A DNA stretch of 64,000 bases, from the NCBI GenBank assembly GCA_041650895.1, contig JBAZKF010000002.1, forward strand, positions 88,425-152,424. Direction: 5' to 3'. Source of the stretch: Patescibacteria group bacterium (GTDB lineage Bacteria; Patescibacteriota; Patescibacteriia; 2-01-FULL-39-33). Below the pieces are notes generated by a model. The model did not search any database, had not been told where the DNA came from, and worked only from the letters and a program-made list of their open reading frames with translations. Positions 1-7,176 of this stretch are shown here, piece by piece; within the stretch, counting starts at the first letter, position 1, and every line of letters starts with the position of its first letter. The position numbers and the translations under genes are program-made.

Positions 1-1
1 A

Positions 2-160
2 AATCTGTTGGAGGATTTTTGCAATGAGCAGCTGATTAATCAGGGCGGCAAAATGACAATCAAGCTTTGGCTTAACTATTTGAATAAAATTAATAAACAT
101 TGGGCCGCTGAAGTTGCGACTGAGTACGATAAGAATAAAGAAATAATTAATTCTCTCTGA
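2..160 (+). CDS. 3' end of an upstream CDS (partial), hypothetical protein
   Basis: Open frame from the window edge to TGA at 158-160 with no internal stops. The stop overlaps the next start (ATGA). Confidence 0.4.
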   Translation, partial: NLLEDFCNEQLINQGGKMTIKLWLNYLNKINKHWAAEVATEYDKNKEIINSL

Positions 161-1593
161 TGAAATTATTACTTTGCTACCCGCCGGTTTCCGATCAATA
201 CGAAAAGATAAGGGATTCGGGCTTAGCGCCGCATCTTAGTTTATTGTGTTTGGCGAGCCAGGCCAGATTCAAGTTTAAGGGAATAAAAATAAAAATAATT
301 GATGGGCATCATTTTGATTCGAAAAAAATCAAAGAGCTTATTGACGAGTTCAAGCCGGATTTGGCGGGTTTTAGCGTTGATTTTACCAATTATCAGAGCG
401 CTATCGGCTTAAGCAAATATTGCAAAAGATTCAAAATCAAGGTGCTGCTAGGCAGTAATCATGCTTCGAATCTTTATGAACAGATATTGGCTAATCAGCC
501 ATCGGTTGATGCGATCGTCTGCAATGACGGTGAAGACGGGTTAGTTGGCTATATTAACCATCTATTAGGCAAGATGAGTTTGGGCCAAGTGCCTAATCTG
601 GCCTATCGACAGGATGGCAAGGTAGTCAGAAATGCCTTGAAAACATTCGATCTGAAGTTGATGAAGGAGCCAGCCTACGATCTATGCGATATGGAGGAAT
701 ATTTTAAAAGGCAGCAAAAGGTTTTTGGCAAAAATTTCAGGATGCTGCAGTTCACTAGTCAACGCGGTTGCGTAAATTTTCCGCTTTGTGTCTTTTGCGG
801 CCGTTATCCCGATGGCTATCGCTTGCGGCCGGCCAGGATTGTTGCCCGGGAAGTCCTCAAATACATCAAGAGATATAATCTCAACGAAGTTTGGGATCGC
901 AGCGATAGCTTTATCCAATCCTTGTCTTGGCTGAAAGAATTTCGCGATGAGATTTATTCGCAAAAATATAACCCTTTTAAGGATAAAACCGTAACTTTTA
1001 AGACTTATGCCCGAGGCGATCAACTGCTTAAACCGGAAGTAATTGAATTGCTCAAAGATTTAAATTTTCGTATTGTTTTTATCGGTTATGAGGCCGGGGA
1101 CGATAGGATTTTAAAAAATATCGGCAAGAATAGCAAGGTGGAATCCTACTATCAGGCGACTAAAAATGTTTTGGATGCCGGCATGCAGATTGATGCCAGT
1201 TTTATTGTCGGCCTGCCGGGAGAAAATAAAGCAAGCTTGGCCAATCATATCAAATTTGTCAAAAAATTGGTTAAAATGGGACTGCGGAAGATTAGGGTCA
1301 ATAGATTATTGGTTTTGCCGGGCACGCCGTTATATCGAAAGGTGCTGGAAAAATATCCACAGCTTCGTGATAAAGATATTTATGATATGCAGGAAATCCA
1401 GGAAAAGCTTTTCACAACGGATTATTATAATTTGAAAGATTTTGGCGGGAGCGTTAAGAAATTCAAACTGGCTCTTAATGATACAGCCGAAGAAATGACG
1501 CATTTGGTCACTGTTGCCGGCGGCGGTGCCGAAGGTTATGGCCATGGGAAAAGCAAGATGATTTTAAGCGGTTCGGAATATGAAAAAAAATGA
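160..1593 (+). CDS. B12-binding domain radical SAM protein
   Basis: N-terminal cobalamin-binding-like region (KIKIIDGHHFDSKKIKELIDEFKPDLAGFSV). Cys triad GCVNFPLCVFCG (CX5CX2C). Downstream radical-SAM core motifs IVFIGYEAGDDRILKNIGK ... FIVGLPGEN. Confidence 0.7.
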   Translation: MKLLLCYPPVSDQYEKIRDSGLAPHLSLLCLASQARFKFKGIKIKIIDGHHFDSKKIKELIDEFKPDLAGFSVDFTNYQSAIGLSKYCKRFKIKVLLGSNHASNLYEQILANQPSVDAIVCNDGEDGLVGYINHLLGKMSLGQVPNLAYRQDGKVVRNALKTFDLKLMKEPAYDLCDMEEYFKRQQKVFGKNFRMLQFTSQRGCVNFPLCVFCGRYPDGYRLRPARIVAREVLKYIKRYNLNEVWDRSDSFIQSLSWLKEFRDEIYSQKYNPFKDKTVTFKTYARGDQLLKPEVIELLKDLNFRIVFIGYEAGDDRILKNIGKNSKVESYYQATKNVLDAGMQIDASFIVGLPGENKASLANHIKFVKKLVKMGLRKIRVNRLLVLPGTPLYRKVLEKYPQLRDKDIYDMQEIQEKLFTTDYYNLKDFGGSVKKFKLALNDTAEEMTHLVTVAGGGAEGYGHGKSKMILSGSEYEKK

Positions 1594-2644
1594 AGCTGAC
1601 ATCAGCGTCAATCTGAATAATAAGATTGTCCTAAAAAACCCTTTTATCTTGGGTGCTTTTGAGTTGACCGGAGATTTGACTGGACTCGAGATGGCCCATC
1701 GGTCTTCAGCTGGAAAGTTCGGCGCGATAGTTATTAAAACAACAACGATTAAAAAACGTAGCGGTTACTCGGAGCCGAAGGTAGCTAATTTCGGTGATGG
1801 TTATCTGGTAGCTTCCGGCATGAAAAATCCGGGAATAAAAGCCGTCTGCGGTAATATCAGAATATTCAAAAAATTGCATCCTGAGCAAGTGTTATTTTTA
1901 AGTATTGCCCCGATCAATCCCAAGAGCGTCATAAAAGATTTAGTTTATTTAGCGCGAGCCGCCGCCAAGGCGGGAGTGGATGCAGTGGAGCTGAATTTAT
2001 CCTGCCCGCATAGCGATCAAAAAGAAAAATTTGATACTTGCATTATTGCGCAGAATCCGGCCTTGGTAAGAAGGATTGTTTCCCAATTAAAAGCTCAGCT
2101 GGCTGATTTTCCTCGTTTAGCTTTGATACCGAAATTGAGCGGTTGGAATTGTGATTTAACTGCCGTGGCATTAGCGGCTGAGCAGGGCGGAGCTGATGCT
2201 GTCGTCATTTCTAATATTTTTCCCGGTACTGGTTTTTTTACTGGGATAAATAAAATCAACAACAATCACCATTATCAGATCGGTCAGCATTTAGTGGGTA
2301 ATGAAAAGGGCGGATTTACCGGTAAGGCGTTGCATTCTGCGGTGCTACTGATGGTTGAAGATGTCAAAAGGCAAATTAAAATTCCCATTATTGCTACCGG
2401 CGGATGCGCTACCGACAGTGATTCAATAATACAAACTTTCTTCGCTGGAGCTTCCGCCATTGAAACAGTTACGCCCTTCTATTTTGAATCAGATCATTAC
2501 AAAAGTTTTGATAAAAAGATCTCGGGCTATTTGAAAGATTTGTCGGTTTATATGAAAAAAAACGGGCTTAACGATCTTGATAGTTTTTATCATTTGGCGC
2601 ATAGGAGTTTTTGGCAGGGTTTTAGAATTTGGCGAAAAAAATAA
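1580..2644 (+). CDS. Dihydroorotate dehydrogenase family flavoenzyme (PyrD-like, class 1-like)
   Basis: Motifs GMKNPGIKAV, VELNLSCPHS (active-site Cys loop of class 1 DHODH) and IATGGCATDSDSIIQTFFAGASAIE (FMN-binding C-terminal barrel strand). Overlaps the rSAM gene by 14 nt. Confidence 0.65.
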   Translation: MKKNEADISVNLNNKIVLKNPFILGAFELTGDLTGLEMAHRSSAGKFGAIVIKTTTIKKRSGYSEPKVANFGDGYLVASGMKNPGIKAVCGNIRIFKKLHPEQVLFLSIAPINPKSVIKDLVYLARAAAKAGVDAVELNLSCPHSDQKEKFDTCIIAQNPALVRRIVSQLKAQLADFPRLALIPKLSGWNCDLTAVALAAEQGGADAVVISNIFPGTGFFTGINKINNNHHYQIGQHLVGNEKGGFTGKALHSAVLLMVEDVKRQIKIPIIATGGCATDSDSIIQTFFAGASAIETVTPFYFESDHYKSFDKKISGYLKDLSVYMKKNGLNDLDSFYHLAHRSFWQGFRIWRKK

Positions 2645-2724
2645 ATCAGGGCCGGGGCGAAGGGCAAAAATTCCTCCCCCCCCCAAATCCTCCAGTCATT
2701 TTTGCCCTGATTTCCGCCCCGGCT
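2643..2724 (+). other. Structured GC-rich inverted-repeat element with a poly-C loop, immediately 3' of the DHODH-like gene
   Basis: Nested inverted repeats aaatcagggc/gccctgattt, ccggggcg/cgccccgg and gggcaaaaat/atttttgccc flank the loop tcctcccccccccaaatcctcc. No U-tract follows. Confidence 0.4.
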
Positions 2725-2810
2725 TCAAAAATCGGCATTGGGAAATTTTTGGAAAAAATTTCGTGTTTTCTTAAGGAGGGAGAGCTTTGGACTTGTTTCG
2801 CAAGTTTGTT

Positions 2811-2840
2811 CGCCACCCTCACGGGTGGCGATTTGCGTTT
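2811..2840 (+). terminator. Hairpin cgccaccctcacgggtggcg followed by atttgcgttt, a putative intrinsic terminator
   Basis: 7-bp GC stem with a 4-nt loop, followed by a T-rich tract. Confidence 0.4.
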
Positions 2841-2881
2841 AATAAATAAAAATAATAATATAAAGATATTAATATTTTTAT

Positions 2882-3373
2882 ATGCAAATAATTAATAAAG
2901 CCGTTATAGGAAGTCGTTCCTGCATAATAGAATACAATGATACTGATGATTTTTCGTCATTACCATATGATTTGTGTACTCAGGTTTATGGTGTTTGTTT
3001 TTATGAAGATAAAATTATAGTTGTACATGAAGGTAAAAGAGATATTTGGATGCTGGCGGGTGGAAGTATTGAATCAGGGGAAACATACGAACAGACATTA
3101 AGGCGTGAGGTTCAAGAAGAATCAAATATGGAGATTATAACTTGGACTCCTTTGGGTTGGCAAAAAATAGTCTATAATGATAATGGCGAGGCCGTTATTC
3201 AATTACGGGCAGTTTGTAGAGTCAAGCCATTAGGTGAATTTATTAAAGACCCGGCCGGTACTGTAGATAAAATGGAATTAATTAACCCTGATGATTACAG
3301 GAAATATTTTGATTGGGGTGATATAGGGGAATGGATAATTAATTCAGCTAAACAAAAAGTTAATTTAATATAA
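2882..3373 (+). CDS. NUDIX hydrolase
   Basis: Nudix box GGSIESGETYEQTLRREVQEESNM (GX5EX7REVXEESG). The gene is very AT-rich compared with its neighbours. Confidence 0.75.
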   Translation: MQIINKAVIGSRSCIIEYNDTDDFSSLPYDLCTQVYGVCFYEDKIIVVHEGKRDIWMLAGGSIESGETYEQTLRREVQEESNMEIITWTPLGWQKIVYNDNGEAVIQLRAVCRVKPLGEFIKDPAGTVDKMELINPDDYRKYFDWGDIGEWIINSAKQKVNLI

Positions 3374-3378
3374 AAAAT

Positions 3379-3582
3379 ATGCAAAAAATAGCCACCCAAG
3401 TATTTATTTATGCGTCAATCGTTTTTGGAATTATTGGAATATTAGTAGTCATAACGGCTTCCGGTCCGGATACGCCGGATTCAAGAATCAGTGAAATTCT
3501 TATCAGGCTTATGTTTGCTACGGTTTTTATAATATTGCCTTCATTTGCTTTAAGTGTTGCTGGCAGATATCTAAAAGATTAA
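3379..3582 (+). CDS. Small hydrophobic membrane protein, hypothetical
   Basis: 67 aa with two predicted TM helices. Sits 6 nt after the NUDIX stop. Confidence 0.35.
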   Translation: MQKIATQVFIYASIVFGIIGILVVITASGPDTPDSRISEILIRLMFATVFIILPSFALSVAGRYLKD

Positions 3583-3727
3583 GAGTTATTTTTGTTCTGA
3601 ATTGTTTTTATCTGATTTCATGTAGATCCGGATTGATGCTTTCAAGCCGAATAAGGATAATTATTAATAATAAAAGAGCAGTCGCGATGGCTGCTCTTTA
3701 AATAAATACATAAAGTGCGAATTAGAA

Positions 3728-4702
3728 TTACTTATATGCTGATCGGAAGCAATCAAAGGCGTTGACTGCGGCCGTAAGCAAATCCCGCTTCAGGCAAAGC
3801 TCGTCACAGAGCATCATTTCGCGATAGCCGATATCATACAGCCAAGCCAGCTCCAAAAAATCGGAGCAAGATGGGACTGGTTCGGCGACTACCGAAAGCA
3901 TAATGCGGGAACCGACGCAGGCGCCGGGGTCCTTGGCGATGATCAGTTTTAGCGCCGCCATAATTTCATGGGGCCGATCGATTTCAACATACAAATCGCC
4001 TCGAGCCGCTATGAGTGACGTCTTGTCGCTTCTTTTGAATTCAGTGGCAACGTATTCCAATCCTTTCTTATCCTCAATTTTCAGCTTGACTTCAGCATCT
4101 GGTCCGACTAGTTCTCGGAACTCATCGATATAGCGCTGATTGCTGACATACGAAAGATAATACCTGGTAAAACCCGCCGCTCTGACTTTTTCGATCTTCA
4201 GCTTCTCTTCATCCGTGAACATCTCACCCAGAATCCGTAATTGCGGATGTCTGACATGGAGCGATTCTCCGGCTTTGACTAAATACTCTGGACCGCCATT
4301 AAAAATTAATCTCCGGCCACCGTCTTCCAGACGGATCAGTTCTGCGCCGTCTGCTCCAGCCTTGAATAGCACTGGTATCGGCGTAGGAACACTGATCGGA
4401 TGATTGATGACAATATCCAGAAAATGGGGATTGAAGTTGACCTCAGTAATTCTTAACTGACGGCCCTTGATGTCATACCACAGCGGGACGCCAAATAGCG
4501 ATGATTTGATTTTTTCCAGCTCATGATCCAATTCCGGACAGCTCATCATCGCGCTATTAAGGCGGATGCCGGCAATTCGGTTGTCATTGGCGAACTGATC
4601 AAAATGAGGCATGCTCGGCCAAAGCGTTACATGTAAAAATAAATCATCAAGAATTTTCGGGACCACTAGCTGAGGCCTACCTTTCTTAATCCATTTGAAC
4701 AT
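3728..4702 (-). CDS. Pyruvate kinase-like TIM-barrel enzyme (A/B domains only, no C-terminal regulatory domain)
   Basis: Colinear PK motifs IAGIRLNSA (cf. MNVARLNFSHG), LWYDIKGRQLRIT (cf. LLDTKGPEIRT), LKIEDKKG (cf. KIENQEG), IAARGDLYVEI (cf. MVARGDLGVEI) and MMLCDEL (cf. MLSGETA). Only 324 aa. Confidence 0.65.
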   Translation of the reverse strand: MFKWIKKGRPQLVVPKILDDLFLHVTLWPSMPHFDQFANDNRIAGIRLNSAMMSCPELDHELEKIKSSLFGVPLWYDIKGRQLRITEVNFNPHFLDIVINHPISVPTPIPVLFKAGADGAELIRLEDGGRRLIFNGGPEYLVKAGESLHVRHPQLRILGEMFTDEEKLKIEKVRAAGFTRYYLSYVSNQRYIDEFRELVGPDAEVKLKIEDKKGLEYVATEFKRSDKTSLIAARGDLYVEIDRPHEIMAALKLIIAKDPGACVGSRIMLSVVAEPVPSCSDFLELAWLYDIGYREMMLCDELCLKRDLLTAAVNAFDCFRSAYK

Positions 4703-4714
4703 GGCAAGCCTCCC

Positions 4715-5722
4715 TTAAAGCAGTTTGCTTCCGGGTTTGACGGCAGTTTTCGAACGACGGCGAGTAACAGATCGTCCGGGAGCAGGCAGCATTTCCTGTG
4801 GGTCAGCCGGTTGCGGATCATGGATTGTTTCCAGGGACTTGAAAACAATAGCGATTTTTTTTGGTCCATCATGGTCTTTCAGTTGCCGTTGGGTCACTTC
4901 CTCGCGGAAGTAATCAAACTTGCCGGTTTCTTCGCCCAGGATGCCAAAAATGATATCCACAACGCGGTCGGCATTCGGCAGGGTGGTAATATGATCTTCT
5001 CCGAGCAAATCAGCCCAGGTCTTGTAGATTTTCTTGTTAGTCGAATCCATTGCATTAGCGTTTCCGCAGTCGCCATAGGGACGCCGGATAAGATAGACTG
5101 CCCAATTGTTTTTCAAACTCTCAAAAACGTCTTTGGTCGAAAGCCGGCCTTGGATTTTGATGCCCAACAGATCTTTCGCCTGTTCAGCATTAATGAAAGG
5201 GTAGGGCGCTTCATCGCCGATAAAGATCAGAATGCCTTTGCGGATCGTATTCGGCATTTCGGCCAGTCGATCAAAATAGAGGGCGATCAGTTCATATGTT
5301 TCCATTACTCCGCTACCGCCATTGCCTTCGATAATCAATTCTTTAAGCGCCTTTTTCATATCCAAGCCCTTGGCCGGCGGTCGGATCTGTACCGGGTAGC
5401 TATCGCCATGGGCGTCGCCAGTCGCTCCGAAGCAGATCTCCATATCTTTGCCGAGGTACTCCTGGCCTTCAAGATCCAAGTATCCCAGTTTGGAAAAGAA
5501 TACTTTCGGATCTTTTCCCATTGAACCGGTAACATCGGAAATGATGGCGAGAGGAATCCGTGACTTAAAAACAACTTTGGGAGCAATCAGATCTTTTTTG
5601 CCTTTTCCGGCAGTAACCGCATCCGCATAACTTCTGCCCGCATGGGCATCGTAGGCTTTGCGTGCGCTTTTGAAATCATGGCCTTTCCACGGACCTGGAT
5701 CGAAATCACTGGATTCTGACAT
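4715..5722 (-). CDS. von Willebrand factor A (vWA) domain protein with MIDAS motif
   Basis: MIDAS DxSxS motif in IISDVTGSMG. Predicted vWA alpha/beta fold. 12-nt gap to the PK-like gene and 33-nt gap to the kinase gene. Confidence 0.65.
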   Translation of the reverse strand: MSESSDFDPGPWKGHDFKSARKAYDAHAGRSYADAVTAGKGKKDLIAPKVVFKSRIPLAIISDVTGSMGKDPKVFFSKLGYLDLEGQEYLGKDMEICFGATGDAHGDSYPVQIRPPAKGLDMKKALKELIIEGNGGSGVMETYELIALYFDRLAEMPNTIRKGILIFIGDEAPYPFINAEQAKDLLGIKIQGRLSTKDVFESLKNNWAVYLIRRPYGDCGNANAMDSTNKKIYKTWADLLGEDHITTLPNADRVVDIIFGILGEETGKFDYFREEVTQRQLKDHDGPKKIAIVFKSLETIHDPQPADPQEMLPAPGRSVTRRRSKTAVKPGSKLL

Positions 5723-5755
5723 GATTATTCTCCTTTTCGGTTGTAATTTATTAAA

Positions 5756-6799
5756 TTAATCTAAGCCGGGAATTGGTGCAAGATTTGTTGAACTCTTTCC
5801 AAAGCATTTCAATCTCACTTCTTTAATCTCATCACATAGATCATTACCGCCCGTGCCCCATTTCGGTCGACTATTTACGTCACGCACAATCAGCCGGCGG
5901 ATAAAATTACAGAGTTCATCCGGCACATAATTGGGCACTGATCGATGCTTGACGGCTTGGATGTCTCCGCTCAAGGCGTAAATCATGGTCACGCCAAGGC
6001 TGTAAAGATCTGATTCCGGAACCAAGACTAACCCCTTCAATTGTTCCGGGGGAGACATAAGCGCAGTATATCCTTTGTTATCAGATCGAGCACCTGGCTT
6101 AACCATCGACAGGCCGAAATCAACAATCGAAATCATATGGGTCGGATTTTGGATAATGATATTTTGTGGCTTAATGTCTCCATGGATGACTCCATGGTAA
6201 TGGATGTATTTGAGAGCGTTAAGAACGCGCTCGGCAATCCAGGCGACATGTTCGGCCGGAATTGGACCGATTTTATTGACGACTTGTTCTAACGTCAGGC
6301 CGGGGATATAGCTCATGATAAGTATATATCGTCCGTCATCAAGTTTAATAATGTTTCTGACGGCGGGAATTGAGAAATGGCGTAAATCCCACATAGCGAT
6401 GGTTTCTTGAAGCAATATCTCATTAAATTCCGGATCGACATTATGACAGTGTTTAAGGCAGACTGGTTGTTTGGTTAAGATGTGCTCGCCCAAATAGGTG
6501 GTGCCGAAGCCGCCCTCAGCGATTTCCCTAAGCAATCGATAATCGCCAATAATTTTTCCGGTCAGATTATTCCGCCCCGCATCGTAGGAACGACGCTTAG
6601 CGGTATCAGACAGGATTTCATGCGCTTCATTTAGTTGTCTGGCCATTCGTCCGGCGGTGTCTTTCATATCTGGATGATGTTTTTTCATTAGTGCCAGATA
6701 AGCGGCGTGAATTACCTCTGGCGAAGCCATTGGGTTCACCTGAAGCAAACTGTAATAATCGGGGATTGGTCCGCTGGGATCTCGCGGCTTTTTAAACAT
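5756..6799 (-). CDS. J-domain (DnaJ N-terminal) fused to a Ser/Thr protein kinase
   Basis: Start refined to MFKKPRDP, which has an AAGGAGAC RBS. The ORF-track extension to 6925 lacks an RBS. J-domain YYSLLQVNPMASPEVIHAAYLALMKKHHPD carries the HPD tripeptide. Kinase motifs GGFGTTY...CLK (Gly loop and Lys), HGDIKPQNIII (catalytic loop) and VDFGLS (DFG). Confidence 0.75.
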   Translation of the reverse strand: MFKKPRDPSGPIPDYYSLLQVNPMASPEVIHAAYLALMKKHHPDMKDTAGRMARQLNEAHEILSDTAKRRSYDAGRNNLTGKIIGDYRLLREIAEGGFGTTYLGEHILTKQPVCLKHCHNVDPEFNEILLQETIAMWDLRHFSIPAVRNIIKLDDGRYILIMSYIPGLTLEQVVNKIGPIPAEHVAWIAERVLNALKYIHYHGVIHGDIKPQNIIIQNPTHMISIVDFGLSMVKPGARSDNKGYTALMSPPEQLKGLVLVPESDLYSLGVTMIYALSGDIQAVKHRSVPNYVPDELCNFIRRLIVRDVNSRPKWGTGGNDLCDEIKEVRLKCFGKSSTNLAPIPGLD

Positions 6800-7117
6800 G
6801 GCGCGTCTCCTTATCTTGTTGTATCTCACAAAACTTATTGTAGAATGATTAATTTTTCCGTTTTTTCTCGCCTTTTTTAACAATATTGTGTCTAAATTGT
6901 CAATGTTCATTTGATAGAATAGCATATCATATTATACAAGTATTGTCGAATTTTATGATTTTTCGAATTTTTATATAGGGAAATGGGTCAATTGATAAAC
7001 GGGTGTATTTTGGTAATTTATCTCTGTGCTAACTTAGGGGATATTTATTGGTATTGATTTGTTCTGAAATATACTTTTAAAAACTGTCTATAATTATAAA
7101 TAGGCAGTTTTTTTATT

Positions 7118-7147
7118 TTTGACAAAAAGTTGTTTAAAATTGTATAA
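7118..7147 (+). promoter_or_regulatory. Sigma70-type promoter TTGACA-N18-TGTATAAT (extended -10) for the LysM surface-protein gene
   Basis: TTGACA at 7118-7123. TATAAT at 7142-7147, preceded by TG. Confidence 0.5.
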
Positions 7148-7176
7148 TTTAAGCATTATTTTATTTAAAAGTAGTT

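Noticed and set aside
682-1545. Short antisense or overlapping ORFs inside long genes (e.g. 682..1023-, 1166..1435+, 1330..1545-, and many similar ones throughout the ORF track)
   Set aside because: They are nested in, or opposite to, well-supported long CDS. They lack RBSs, have low-complexity translations, and are typical frame artefacts.
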